DNA of 64,000 bases. Origin: Pseudovirgaria hyperparasitica (taxonomy: Eukaryota). This document shows, in pieces, positions 23,984-37,975 of the stretch (within the stretch, counting starts at the first letter, position 1; the number at the start of each line of letters is the position of its first letter). The notes under the pieces are model-generated. The model was not told the DNA's origin. It was given only the letters and a program-made list of their open reading frames with translations, and did no database searches. The position numbers were made by a program, and so were the translations under genes. The stretch lies in NCBI GenBank assembly GCA_010093815.1, contig ML996565.1, one strand, 5' to 3'.

Positions 23984-26871
23984 GTTTTGCAACAATCAGG
24001 ACGGTTTTTTGGGTACGGTCTCAATTTTGATGTGTGCGGGCGGCCGGGTGGGCTGTTGTCAACACAAACACAAAAAAAAGGTCGGTTCGAAAATATCAAA
24101 CGGGCATGGCACGCTATTTGAAGCTGTTCCACCGGCACGAACACCGCCTGCAGTGCAACCCTGAACCTGTCAACAGTAGGAGTAGTCCTCCTGTACAACA
24201 GGGGTCTCGTGAGGAGTAAGATACCGCCAGGACTTTGGACGATCATTGAGTGAGTGCCTCATGTCTACATATCTATTCTCATTGAGATATGATATCACAA
24301 AGTCTTACTCCGTCAGAGTAGTCTAATTGAAGAGTATCATCACTGGGAATAGGATGCTTCAAACGACTTGTTCTGGCTGCTTGCTTGTGCGGTGTTCGTC
24401 ATCTCGATGCGGTGTTCGCACGATCCGGCCGAATATGCGGGGAAGCGGCAATTGAACTATGGCCCGGTTTGTGGGGTATGCCGGATTTGGGGCTAGCCTA
24501 TCTGGGGTAGACCGTGTTTATGCCTGAGGCTGCCAGGCTGGTAAGGTAGTACTACTTCTTCCCCTTTCTCTGTTGAATTTCATGTTTCATCAGATATCTC
24601 ACGTCTCATTGTTTCGGCGGGTTCGACGATACTCGTCGACCGCGCCGTGTGGGACCAGAGCTTATCGAATAGGGTAAGCTATCATGGTTATACCGGCCGT
24701 TACAATACTCTTTTTGCGAGAGGCTGGATTGTGTTGATAGTACTACGACAAGATCATTTCTATCGTTGATACTCTGTCAACCTCGTGTCCAAAGCTACTA
24801 TATCCACCTCCTTTAGCAGGCGCAAATCCTTTCCCCAAGGATTAGCTCGACTCTTACTCTTTCGTCTGATTCTTATCATAGCTAATTATGGCCGCTTTCT
24901 CAACTGCCTTTAACGACACGTGTAGAGACACGATGAGGAACCCCTTAATTTTTCGGTATTTTCAGGGGCTTTTAGTTAAACGATGTCCTGATCTCCACAG
25001 ACGAGCTCCGCATGGAAATCCCGGTATTTTTCGACGGCATATTTGTTGTTGGAGATCAACAAGAACGCACCGAAGGCATATTCTTTCTGGACGCCAAAGA
25101 TGGTGGCGGAATCCCTTCATCGAACTCTTGGACCGAGTAGTCTAGTGTCGTCTTCACGCTACAGATACAGAATGAATTATGAGAACTGAATCTCCATTTT
25201 CACTCAATTTTCCGGCACCCGGGCTCGCAATTCTCAACCAAGAATTCTTCAATATTGAATGTCTGTCCTGCTACGGGAATCTGCAGCCGTAGTAAACAGT
25301 ACACTGGTCAACTGTCCGTTCCGGTAGAGCATGCGTTGCAAGGAATGACGTAAAAGAAGCCTGGCTCGTGGAATTGGTCAGACACTGAGATCTGCTTCTT
25401 GCTGTGAATGCAGAGCAAAGTGACTAGATCAAACTCCACAAACTGAGGGAAACCTGCCGCTACTGCAAGTACGATGTATGCAGATTAGTGAGCCGTCGAT
25501 TTACTTACTATTAAATCACACTGATTGATGGAGTTCTGGTATAGCCATTTAGTACATCCAGTATTTGAATTTATGCCCTCCTCGGAGCGAAACAATCCAG
25601 CCTATTTCGAAGGATCAGACTCGTATAGGATGGGCTTGAGAAGATACATGCATTCCTTATCATGCATCACGATCCGATGGAGGTCATGTTACATACGTTT
25701 GGCATCCATTACCATGGCCGCTACCAATTGTTCAATAGTATCCTGTAGTCGTCATCGACTTACATAGCCTAAGGTCGACTTATCCTGGGATCTTGGCTTA
25801 CCACCTTCTGCAATCTTTTGGCCAGCAAAGCTTCTTGCAAAGAATGATAGTCGTGGGAGATCAACATCACCCGAAATAAGTGCTTCTCAATTAGCTATGG
25901 TCACATCTGATCAAGAGCGAGGATTAGCGATCGTGCAGTTGGCTTGCCTACCTATGGAATAGTCAATCTTGCAAGAAGATCGGCCACGCAAGCACACATT
26001 GACAGGATATGCGCGGTGTTACGCTGAAGGGTACAGTCTGTATATGGGAATTGAAAAAGTTCTGTGTACTTTCTCAAATGGTCCGATTTGTTCGAGCTTC
26101 GCTGTTCTCAGGCTGGTGTGCTTCGAACTACGAAGTCAACCATGATATAAAGGCCACGATCATGGCTTTTCTTCAAAGGCGCAGCTGAACAATTCAGAAG
26201 CTCATGCATCCTGAATCCTCCATGCATCGCCTAAATCCCGTGATTGGGTGCGGCTGCAGCCGCAGCTACAGTTATCATGGACCTCAAGCCAGCCAGCCAC
26301 GCACACGTCCTGTGTTGGATCTTTACCCTTTTCGGTTCACCCATTGATACGGACAACTATCATGAGCGGCGGGCTGTTCGAAGCTCAGAAACAAAATAAT
26401 ATGCTCATTTCGACTCATACTTGCGATAAAATGCTCTAGTCTTTTAGCATTTAATTATATAGACATGCTGTACAGCGTCACCCTCATCTGAACGGTCTTC
26501 CTACTCGCTTCCTCAGCAGAAAAGTCACAGTAACGGTAGCATCAGTATCAGCTTTCAGTCTTAGGTCGACCCCTCCCCGATCTATAACCATGAGGCGTAT
26601 TCGATCTCGACTAACTCATCCACATGCACGAGCGGGCAGCTGGATACGGGAAGCCCGGCGGGATGACCATGCATGATAGCGCTTCAGATCCACGCTGTCC
26701 TCCTCCCATTGGTGCTAAAGATGCGAGATGTCTCGATCGCGAAGATTGGGTTATCGTGATGGAATTCTTGAAAAGCTGCGAGTCATCAAGGCTAAATACT
26801 GGTGTTAACAGTCTCACGACTCCTCAACTCTCTAGGAGGCTTCCACGCTTCGCCTCAAGAGTATTGACACT

Positions 26872-29555
26872 ATGAAGCTCAATGCAGTGTGGACGACAAT
26901 TGTTTACTACTTTGATATCTTCTCCCTTGGATCTTCGCCTGGAGATGGTCAAGCCCCTCTGCAGCAACTCGTCGAGCCTCATATCAAGCCTGCTATTGTG
27001 CGACCTCCTCATCCTCATTTCAAGCCTCTAGACGTTGAAGTCATCACCCTTGACTCCGATGAGGGTCGTGATGATAGTAAAATCTACATGCTTCAGGATG
27101 GCACACCTGTAGTGATAGCACCGAAACATGCCGACGAAGGACCCAGTCATCTCAAATGCCAATACCCAAGTCTTAAGGATAAGGGTTTCAAGAGCTGCTA
27201 CACACCACAAAGTCGAAACTGCTGGCTTCGCAATGATGCTGGTTTCGAGTATGGCATCGACACGGACTACGAAGATGAATCTGAGATTCCAACTGGCATC
27301 CTACGAAAGGTCAGTACAGTGTAACCTGCGACCATCCGCTGTTCTCATACAACGATAGTTCATTCTTGATGTTGGGGAGCAACCAATATCACCAGACCGT
27401 ATGACATTAGAGTTTGGCAAAGTATTCAATAGGACATATCCGGGCCCTTGGATTGGTAAGTTCGGCATTTCACTTTTGTAGAAGACTACTGCAAGACTTC
27501 CCGTCACGGATATACATCTTTCTCCCTGAGACAGCGTAGTGATAGTCGTTCTGCCTACAATCTTCTCTCATGTCTTGTTGTTTTTTGTAGCCAAACCCAT
27601 ACTGGTAGTCTCTAGATGGCTGATAATGATTCGATATAGAGGCTTGCTGGGGAGACACCATCGAAGTTGAGGTACGGAATGGTCTCCGCTGGAATGGTAC
27701 TTCTGTGCATTGGCATGGATTTCGCCAGCTTCGGAATAGCCATATGGATGGTGTCAATGGTATCACAGAGTGTCCCATAGCACCTGGTGATAGTTTCACG
27801 TATCGATTCAAGGCCATGCAATATGGTTCAGCGTGGTATCATTCTCATTACTCACTGCAATACGGTAAGGTCCTAGCAAAAGAACACGTCTTCTGTGAAA
27901 GCCACTAATGATCACAAACAACAGGCGATGGCATGCTAGGACCAATCACGATCTACGGCCCATCGACAGCAGACTTCGATGAAGACCAGTCCTTCCGGCC
28001 GATATTAATGACTGACTGGAATCATCGGAGTGTCTTCGAGGACTGGCCGAATCTGTTAGTCAAGGGGACTGCTCCTGAGATGACCAACATCCTTCTCAAT
28101 GGTACTGGTCAATTTGGACCTGGGAGTAAGGTCGAGGACAAGTACCAGCTCAACTTCACAGCCGGTACAACACATAAACTGATTCTCATCAACACTGCTG
28201 TGGACACAGCCTTCTCTTTCTCCATTGATCATCATAATTTCACCGTTATTGAGGCAGATTTTGTACCCATAAAGCCATACACAACAGACAATATCAAGGT
28301 CGGCATTGGTATGTATCAAAAGGGAATCACGGATCGATGAGGCTGAACATACTTAGGTCAACGCTACCACATCATTGTTAAGGGCCATGACAAGCCTTAC
28401 GAAAAAGAGCGAGCCGGCAATTATTGGATCAGAACCATTCCCCTTCGAAAGTGTAGCAAGTTTGCTTTCGGCCCGGACGAGCAGTCTGGAATCATTCGTT
28501 ATAATCCCAAAGAAAGCCGCAACACTATATCGTTCTCAGAGCCCGAGGGCGGAATCGACACAAGTTGTGCAGACGAACACAAGGACAAGCTCGTACCATG
28601 GCATGAATGGCAGGTAAAAGATCCAGTCAACATCAGTAGGTAGCCATGGTGACATGCTGTTTACATATTCTGATGTGATTAGAACCTGGTATGGACTTGG
28701 CAACTTTGCCGAACCACAAGCAGTACAAGTTCGATGTTGGTATTTCGAAGTCTAGCGGTCCGCCATATGTACCCGAGGAGGAATTGGTGAGACAAGCTAC
28801 CACATGATTCAGTAGAGCCGTCTAATTCCTGCTTCCAGAGCCGATGGGCCATGCATACCGCTCCATTCCGCATCAACTTCAGCGAGCCCACCATCCTCCA
28901 ACTCGACAAATACGACAGTATTATCGACCGCCCCTATCTCGACATCATAACAATAGACGAGGAAGAAAGCGACCAATGGATCTGGATGGTGATCACTGGT
29001 TACGCGATCCCTAGTGGCGGTGGCGAGCGGAGTTTCTTCCCTGCTGCTCACCCGATGCATCTCCACGGCCATGACTTTGCTGTCTTATTCCAGACAGATC
29101 ACCCCTGGGACGACGACGACTCCTCACCAGGTGGCAAGATTCCGGGCTGGGGCGAACGCTTCACGCCAGAGAAGATGAACTGCGACAACGAATATATCGA
29201 CTGTAACAATCCGGCTCGGCGCGATGTCATCCTACTGCCGGCGGGAGGATTCGTGATTATCGCCTTTAAGGCGGACAACCCAGGTATGTCTAAGCGTACA
29301 GTTCCATATTGAAGATATGGATGACGCTAATTTTACTCAGGGACCTGGATCTTCCACTGCCACATCGCGTTCCACGCGTCGTCTGGCCTGGCTATACAGA
29401 TCATCGAAAACAGGCACAAGATCCATGAGACCTTCGCAAAGGACGAGGCTGATATCAGAGAGCGTTGTGAGAATTGGGACGAGTGGTTCAGCAATCCCAT
29501 GAACCTGTGGGATTATCAGCATCCGAAGCACTTCCAGGATGACTCCGGCGTCTAG
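26872..29555 (+). CDS. Laccase-like multicopper oxidase (AA1)
   Basis: All four copper motifs are present: [17 protein letters not shown] and HCHIAFH....L. C-terminus ends DSGV*, typical of ascomycete laccases. About 7 introns. Confidence 0.95.
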
Positions 29556-30582
29556 AACGTATCAACTCTTGAGGTGTGAAGAGTCGTGTTGCGTGACTGG
29601 TAAGCATGTGCCATGCCAGTATACTATGTATGTCTTGGATGGAACAGGGCATGATTTGCCGTCATAACAGATGTGACCTGCGAAACGTAATTTCAGGAGG
29701 AATGTCAACGAGAAGAATCAGTGTACACTCCTTACTTTATTCGAGAGTCTCGTTGCGGGCGTGGGAGATAGCCAGATTGAATACTCTATGCTACAGCTTA
29801 ATCAACAAGATATATTGAACCTCGTGGAAGAAAATTAAGGGTGGCCCCTCGCCACCTCTCGTACAAAGAGCTCACCATCCAGCCATCATACCTGCTCGCA
29901 ACAAGTGCATCATGGCTATTTACAGCCAGACCAAACCCGAGACTCATAGTGATAGCGTTAAAGTCCTGGAAGTGAGCATACAGACACGCCTTTGTCCCTC
30001 AGAGGCCAGTTACCGAGGCCAGGCTATTGTTGCCACGTATGGCTTGCAGAGCTGTGAGCTGGACGAGAACGTGGCTGCAGGAATGCTCTTTTCACTCTGG
30101 AGAGAGCCAGATACGCGATTCTCCGCGTTTTGCATGCAAGTGTGATGTGTATAGTCATTCTCTGGACCAGGCTTGTGTAGCTGTAGACTTTGGATTGTGT
30201 GGAGGATGTGGTTGCTGTTGTGGCTACATAGCGAGACTACCCCTATTTATTTGCGTAGCTAGCGTTCTCAGGATATTACTACAGGAGCAAATGTAAACAC
30301 ACGTGCTTGTGGCGTTTTGTCAAGATTTGATAGTATAGGCCTGCTGAGGCTCTTTCATGGGGGTGTATACCCTTCTATATCTTTTGGTAGGTGCAAAATC
30401 CTCGAATATCTTTTCGTGCCTCAAATAAGGCTGGCAGTAATGATCACCACCGTAGACTGCTCTGCTATACCATCTAAACACTACGTCCTATCACCACTAC
30501 TCCGTATTCTTCGCTCCAGGCTAGTCTTTGCAGCTGTGAAAACCCAGCGAAGCCCGAGCACACCTTTCCGAGTAGTGAAGCC

Positions 30583-31311
30583 TCATTGTGATTCGTCCTC
30601 AAGACCTTGAAGCCATCCGATTTTCTCGCCATCTGGGGCGACCCATAGAGGTTGCTCGACAGCGCGGCGCCAGTACTTCAGACTAGTATCACTAAACTTT
30701 CCGCGCTCAGCCTGTACGCTTTCCAGGGCCGCGAAGAATGCGTCAGCTTCTTTCGTGAGACCCAGTACTCGTAGACTGCGTAGTATGCGCGTGATCCGGA
30801 GATGGTTGTGGTTGAATCGCATGACCCAGTTCTGGAATCGACGCGCGGATGTCGGGGCCTTCACGATCGTGATATCCTCGTCGTTGGTGTTGGTTTTGGT
30901 GTCGGAGACGACTTCTGTCTTTTCATGCTTCTGATTGTCTGCTGTGTTATCAGGTTGCTCAGTGACTTTCGTTGTGATAGAATCATGGGGCCCAGATTCT
31001 GCCCTTGAGGCAATGTGTAGTTCGAAGCCATAGAATGCAAGCATCCTCGTGAACGCCTTTCTCATCTCCGCACGTAGCTCGGGGCGACTGCGAAACCCAT
31101 CAAAAGTGTCTCGCTCAATTGTTGGAGCGAAATAGTTGAACATGGATTCTTCCGGGAGTGGAAACAGAATCTGAACGTAGTCATGGCATGCTTCAAACCA
31201 TTGATCGCTCTGCTCCAATATATCGTCAAGATCACGGTCCTTTGTGTCCGGTGCACGAATTTCCGGGTCGTAGAACCGGATGATGAAAGACGATGTCGCA
31301 TTTGGAGCCAT
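30583..31311 (-). CDS. Opioid growth factor receptor (OGFr_N) domain protein
   Basis: FE.CHDYVQILFPLPE.S, RMLAFYGFEL, NHNHLRITRILRSLRVLG and YWRRA motifs. Single exon. Confidence 0.88.
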   Translation of the reverse strand: MAPNATSSFIIRFYDPEIRAPDTKDRDLDDILEQSDQWFEACHDYVQILFPLPEESMFNYFAPTIERDTFDGFRSRPELRAEMRKAFTRMLAFYGFELHIASRAESGPHDSITTKVTEQPDNTADNQKHEKTEVVSDTKTNTNDEDITIVKAPTSARRFQNWVMRFNHNHLRITRILRSLRVLGLTKEADAFFAALESVQAERGKFSDTSLKYWRRAVEQPLWVAPDGEKIGWLQGLEDESQ

Positions 31312-32239
31312 GATGTTGTCTGCACCGCTGATCCTCAATTCCTACTAGTATCCTGAGTGGCCTTCGATGGCTTTGTCTCGTGTAATGACTCCTCCTCCTC
31401 CTCTAAAAGACTCCGATTGATACTCTTCCTATCTTTTTAAAACTGCATACAGAGTACGGTAGAATTCTGAATTAAGCTGTTAACTTTCAGATCCCCGGCG
31501 TATCTGTAAGCTGGCTCTAGCCTGTTAGTAAAGATATCTAGGGAAGTACAAGACAAGGTAGAGGCCTTTTGCGTGACGAGCGCGGGGTACGATGAACAAA
31601 CCTTACGAATTTCTATGCAAATTGAGAAACGTATCATTCATATTATATTTGCTACCTCGTGACAACCCTGATGTGGTGACTGTCAATGTTTGTTGACTGC
31701 TGTCGTGTGTTTGGTAGGGTGGGATCAAATCAAGAGGATTATGAACGCGCGAGCAAGGCTGAAAAACCAATCATACCTGACTGATAGAGCGCACGTGACA
31801 CTAAGGCTCGAGATCTATGTATTCTTCAGGTGGGCACGTAGTTTTGAAGTAATGGCAAACTTCCAAGTAGCGTTTTCGAATCTCAATTCATTTCTACTTA
31901 GAAGTGGCACTGCGCTGCGTAAGAGGTATCTTGGAACGACGTCAAGTCTTTAAGGTGCGTAAGGCATCGCCCTCAAACATAGCAAACAAATCCATCATTG
32001 GTCGTAAAGGTCGTCAAGCATCGTTATACCAGCAATTACGCATATAAAGTGCGTATTGTAAAACAGGAAGCCCAAGAAGAAAGTAAAAGTTGCAGTTCGT
32101 GATCTAGAATTCGCTTCGTCCAATGTCCAACGCGTACCACATTCGCCCAATTCTCAAGACTGATGATGCAAGTCACGTCGAGCTTATGAACTCTCCAAGT
32201 AATGTTCATGCCGAATTGCGTTCTCGACTGCACCGTACA

Positions 32240-33922
32240 TCAGTAGACGTCACCGGCCCATGGCACCATAGCATCTGGTCCAGCATGTGGATCGGGGATG
32301 TCATGACAATTCGGGATGTAGATGCCATAATCTGCCGCTTTGTCCATGACACGACGTATAAGATACGTCACGATGTCCTCTTCCATGCGAGCAATGTCTG
32401 CGCAGTCGATCAGGAACTTATTCTCGTCGTAACGCATAATGAAAGCTCCAAAAGGTAGAGTGTCCATGAGCGGAATCATACGACGAACTTGTTCAAGCTC
32501 CTCTGGAGAGTTGACATCAGGAGACGTCGTGGCTTGCTTGATTAGAATCGCGTAGTACTCAAGAAGCTTCTCGTTGACGCCAGGTCGGTAGGTGAGAACT
32601 TCGAACGGCCACCAATTGGCGAGACGAGGCAGAGGGTAGTTCACCTGAGTTTCGCCGTACGTGAGATCCAGAAGATGACGTTGCTGGGCAGGATTGAAGA
32701 GGGCTTCGCTGCAAGAAACAATCACGAGCTCATTGAGCAGCTGCTGGTTGAGTTTCAAGCCGAACTGACCCGAGTGCTTCGATTCCTGACAGACCTAATT
32801 AATGTTAACAAGGAAGGCAAACTTTGTAAAGCTCTTGTGTACATACCTGACGCACCAGAAGACCGACCATGTCACGGACGGTATTGAAGATATTGTCGCG
32901 CTCAGCCAAAGTTATATGGTCTGACTGGTGCCATGGAAATTTCTGCAATACTGAGATTAGGGCTTCATAAGGTCGCTGTGGCGCGTTCTTGCCGAATTGT
33001 CCCTGTAATATTGTAAGCCACTCTCTCAATGGTGAAATCTGGCCGTGCTTACCTTGCCGGGCTTTTGAGCATGCATAACGATCTGACGCAGCTCTTCAGT
33101 GTTCATGAAGCCTTCGAACGCAGACTCATGCTCGCTCGGATCCCGAACATGTGCATATTGACCAATCCATCCGCAGCACTTGGCTTTTGGAAACAATAGC
33201 GCCATCAGCTCTTCCTGTCCAACAACCTCAATCGACGTGACGCGATTACCGCACATGCGGGCTTTCCCGGTACGTCTGGAGTATCGTTCCAATGACTTGG
33301 CAACATTTTGTGCTTCCTCGTCACTTTGGAGCTCTACCAATACCTCACCGGTCTTGCCTGTGGATCGATCAAACATGATGTGGATACCGTAATAGCTTGA
33401 AGACGATGGGTAGGTGGCGATTTTAGCGTCACGCCCAAGCATAGCGACAATCTCGTTCTTGGTGACATCATATGGAGTCTGTTTAGACGTTAATTTATGA
33501 GATCAGGTGAAGTGTTCGTGATCACTTACATTGAGGATCTTGAGGACACCCGCGGTGGAGCCTGGACGGTCAAGTGAAACATCCCTAAACGGAAAGTAGT
33601 TGTCCAAGAGATCAGTTGGATCTGGGATGCCATTCTTCGTTAGATCTTCATACGCACTAGCTCGAGCATAAGGAGGGACGTCTGAAGATGCAGAATTGAA
33701 TCGTCCATGAGCCGGGTTGATGTGGACTTGATTGGCTGCTGCCACGTGGGGAGAAGGCGGGACATCACCCGGGAATTGGGGAACGGCATCGTTTCTCTGG
33801 TAACTGATCGCCGAAGGTACCTGGTTAGCGTAGTGTTCGCCGTACTGGTATTCTGTGCCATACGAAAATGCCCCATATGGAGGAGGCGGCGACTGCCGCA
33901 GCTCAGATTCCGCAAGATCCAT
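32240..33922 (-). CDS. Uncharacterised fungal RRM-like RNA-binding protein
   Basis: Four same-strand ORFs joinable by short introns. GVLKILN.PYDVTKNEIVAMLG...IHIMFDRSTGKTGEVLVEL is an RRM-like pattern, followed by QRPYE.LIS.L.KFPW. Confidence 0.75.
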
Positions 33923-34569
33923 AATTCTGGATATTACGTTCCCAGAGACCTTGGAGAAGGTTAGGACAAGAAGGAGGAGAAGAAGGAGAGGAGGAGAAGA
34001 GGGACGAGGGAGATTGTCAAGGGTGAGGTGGAGCACGTGCGAATACTTTGGTCAAGCAAATACGTGCGTTTGCTGACAGACTGTAAACAAGTGAACAGGT
34101 CGAAGCGAGGTGGGCCCACCACCTTGCTTTGGTTGCCGTGTCCGCCTCTTGTGCTGTCTGTCAGTTCTTGACTTTCACAGAAGCAGAAGAGATGTGAAAG
34201 CTACGATAATGTTTTTGACAGAGTAGCAGTCTGTGACGGCCTTATGATACAGGCAATTGGCTCTTAGTCAAACAACATAAAATGGAAGTTCAAAATTTAT
34301 TTGCGCAGGGGCAGTAGAGCATATCACAAAATCGGAGACTCTACTTACAGTCCCGTATAAAGCACAACGGTAGCAACCTGTCATTTAATTGTTCGCTATA
34401 TCGCCTTGTTTAGTTCTGCTTCTCGCAACCACGCTTGCCTTGAATCGTCCAAGCTTACTTGAGACCTAGCAATAAATTGCCATGGTCATGAAATGACATG
34501 GCATTGCATGTAGTGATGTGGCTATATCGTAATGCCAAGATTTCCGAAGCCATTCAAGGGATTGCCCGA

Positions 34570-35280
34570 TCAGTCGAACTATTTCGTGTGAGCCATCGGC
34601 AAACAGTGTACTTTCGAAACTTACTGGTGTAAGGAAAGACTCTGCAACAAATCTTGCTCGGGCGTTCAACTACGAAGGAGTGTTATGGCTGGCTGCATAT
34701 AGACAGGGGGGATCGCAGCTTACGAAAAGTTTCATCTCCGATATCTCTTTGTCTACCTCTTCCATGAACTGAATTATGAAGTCGACAAGCTTGTGCTTCA
34801 ACATGTCTTCCGTATGGAAATTCGTGACCAAGAAGGAAATATCATACCCCTAAATGGGCGTTAGGACTCACGTAGCGTTGATGGTTTGCATTCATTGCGT
34901 ACTTTGACCGGCTTCCTCCGTAATATAAAGAAATGTTCAGCTCTCTGAGTCAAGAACCGCGTAAATTTGTGTACGAGAATATGTTCGATTTCATCGGCCT
35001 GTTTTATCTTGATGCTGATGCGGACACTGTTCACGCTAGGTTCGATGAAGACCTTCTCATTTTCATTTCGTGATACTGTCAATGGATTCAGGAGGAGTTC
35101 CGGAGAGCTAGCAGCTTCAATTTCAGGGACATTATGCCGTTCAGAGGTTTGCGATGCGAAGTTGGAGAGTGACAAGGCGGCCGTCAATGATGATCGGACG
35201 CACTGCAGGTACGGGCGGAGGCTTTGAGACTAAGCAAAGCATAAGCGTGTGTCTGAACTGTGTAGCTTCATTCTTACCAT
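34570..35280 (-). CDS. ARC19: Arp2/3 complex 20 kDa subunit (ARPC4)
   Basis: [28 protein letters not shown]...[20 protein letters not shown]...[21 protein letters not shown]. Four introns; the first coding exon is only ATG. Confidence 0.97.
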
Positions 35281-35542
35281 ATCGTGGATGTGATTGATCA
35301 ATATAGCGCCCTGAGAATCATGTCAAACCTACGGTTATGCGGTCAATACGGTCCAGGTAGGTATGCGCACGCAACGAGCTTCGTCGTTGTTTGGCGGGGC
35401 AAGCTAAATCCGTCGACTGAGCCTTGGCAGAGACCCGCCACCAAGGATTATAGATACACTACTGTCGGCGGACTCTGGCATCAATCACTTCGCAGACTCA
35501 CTCTGACAAGCATTTTCGACGTCTCGCTTCTCTTCAAGCATT

Positions 35543-37461
35543 ATGGATCCCGTACCAGGTAAGCCTCGGCGGTATTCACGGCTAGCAAAAGCCAGTAATG
35601 ACCACACAACTGACGTAATGAACTATATAGTGGTGGTTAAACATGCTGGAAAGAAATACGATGTCGAGCTCGATCCCAGCTCTACGGGCGAGACATTCAA
35701 GTACCAACTATACTCTCTTACTGGTGTTGAGCCGGAGAGACAAAAGATACTCATCAAAGGTGGCCAGCTAAAAGATGATACCGATCTTTCGAAGCTTGCG
35801 GTGAAGCCTGGCCATCAGTTCATGATGATGGGCACTCCCGCGGAGGGTGCAGCGGCGATACAGCGACCTAAAGAGCCCATAAAATTTGTGGAGGATATGA
35901 CGGAAGCTGAGATGGCGCAATCGGACGGCGCTATACCTGCAGGCCTCCAAAATTTGGGCAACACATGCTATATGAATTCGACGCTCCAGACTCTAAGGTC
36001 TATTCCGGAGCTACAAGACGAACTCTTGAAGTATACCCCAAGGTAGGGAGCTGGTTCCATTTCTGCGTACACACAGGCATGTGCTAAACAGCTACAGCCC
36101 TGCAGCCAGTGGCTCCGCAGACCTCAGCCAATTTGGCCTTGGAGGACTCGGTGCATCGTCCGACCTCACTGGATCTCTTCGCGATCTTTTCAAGCAGATG
36201 TCTGAGACTCAGGAGGGATTCCCACCCTTAATGTTCCTCAACGCTCTGAGAACTGCCTTTCCTCAGTTTGCGCAACGGTCGAAAGATGGGCATGGGTACG
36301 CCCAACAGGACGCGGAAGAAGCTTGGTCGCAAATCGTGTCACAATTGCGACAGAAGCTAAAAGTGAAAGAGTCCACGTCTGCCGGTTCCAGCTCACAGGA
36401 GACGCAAGATCTGTCTTTCATCGACAAGTACATGGCTGGAAGTTTCGATTCGGTTCTGCAGTGTGACGAAGAGGCAGCCAAGGAAGGCGGCGAAGAGCCT
36501 GTCAAGTCTAAAGACACATTTTTCAAGCTCAACTGCCACATAACCCTGGAGACTAATCATCTTAGAGACGGCCTGGCGGCAGGTCTGAAAGAGCAGATCG
36601 AGAAGAAGTCCTCGGTTCTTGATAGAGATGCAATATATACAAAGACATCTTTGATATCCCGCCTGCCGAAGTATCTACCGGTGCACTTTGTCAGATTCGA
36701 TTGGAGACGGGACACCGCCAAGAAGGCTAAAATCATGCGTAAGGTAACGTTCCCTCACGAGTTGGATGTGCTTGAGTTTTGCACTGAAGATTTGCGAAAA
36801 CTTCTTGTACCCATCAGAGATAAGATCCGAGAGATCCGCAAAGAAGAAGAAGACGTCGAAAGAGCAAAGAAACGGCAGAAGCGGATACGCGCGCAGGAAG
36901 AGAATGGGGAGCCTATGCAGGTCAAGGAGAAGAAGGAGAAGAAGGACGACAGGAAGAAGACAGGCGATGCAAGTGGCGAAGATACTGAGATGGCCGATGC
37001 TGTCTACAAAACGGATGCTGAAGTCGAGCGAGAGAAAATCGAATCTATTCTCGCGGCAAAGAAAGAGCTGTTGTCACTCGTTGACCCCAAGATGTCTGCC
37101 GATGAAGGATCCAACCAGACAGGTCTGTATGAATTACGAGGCGTAATTACCCACCAAGGTGCCAGCGCTGACAGCGGCCACTACACATCGTTCGTGAAGA
37201 AGAGCGGACCTAAGGATCCAAAGACTGGCAAGCGGAAGGAGGAAGATGGCAAATGGTGGTGGTTCAACGACGAGAAGGTATCGGAGGTCGACTCTGAAAG
37301 AATCGAGACCTTATCTGGCGGCGGCAAGTACCCAACCAGAGTCTCTGGGCAAGCTCTAACACCACATAGGTCAAAGTCACTCTGCTCTGATACTGCTCTA
37401 TCGTGCCGTGCCTCTCCCAACCACAGAAAAGGAGGAAGCTTTCTTGAACGAGAAAGCATGA
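35543..37461 (+). CDS. UBP6: Proteasome-associated deubiquitinase Ubp6/USP14
   Basis: N-terminal UBL domain (YSLTGVEPERQKILIKGG), Cys box GLQNLGNTCYMNS, QQDAEE, His box THQGASADSGHY and WWWFND. Last exon GQSHSALILLYR...EKA*. Confidence 0.96.
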
Positions 37462-37975
37462 TGGACCTTGGGTGTACTTGGAATAGGCTGAGGTGCCTAT
37501 CTCATCGTCCACAGTGGATCGTGTGAGCTATGATTGCGGCACAAGAACTAGATATTGCATAGCGTGGTATGGTCATAGATCTCTAGCACATCGAGTTCTT
37601 ACGCCTTCAACTTTGTAATATTAGTGAGCGAAAGACGTTTATAGCCCTCTCATCCGCTCAAGTAAGCGATCTAGTGGACCAGTGAGAAAGGATCATATGA
37701 TCCCTAGATTGATTTAGACGTAGGTGAACGACCGGACGTTGCATCTCAATCAAGTACGACGCGCCCAAATATGATACGCGTGACATTGTTCACCAATTTC
37801 TCGCGCTCGCGTTTCGCCGCGTCAGGCTTACTTGCTGCTTTCCCTCTTTCATCTCATTTCTTCCGTTCCTCATGTGAGTTTTCTCACTTGTCTTTCCTTG
37901 TTTTTACTCAACACTCATTTTCTCGCGTCTTTTCTGTACCAATAAGTATTCACGGTGTAATTGTATTGTGTCACG

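Noticed and set aside
27456..27639. Long laccase intron as a stwintron or snoRNA host
   Set aside because: A single canonical GT-AG excision restores WIEACWGD; no convincing internal intron or C/D box pair.
22341..31311. GH27 + laccase + OGFr as a metabolic gene cluster
   Set aside because: No backbone enzyme, transporter or regulator adjacent, and the functions are not obviously linked.
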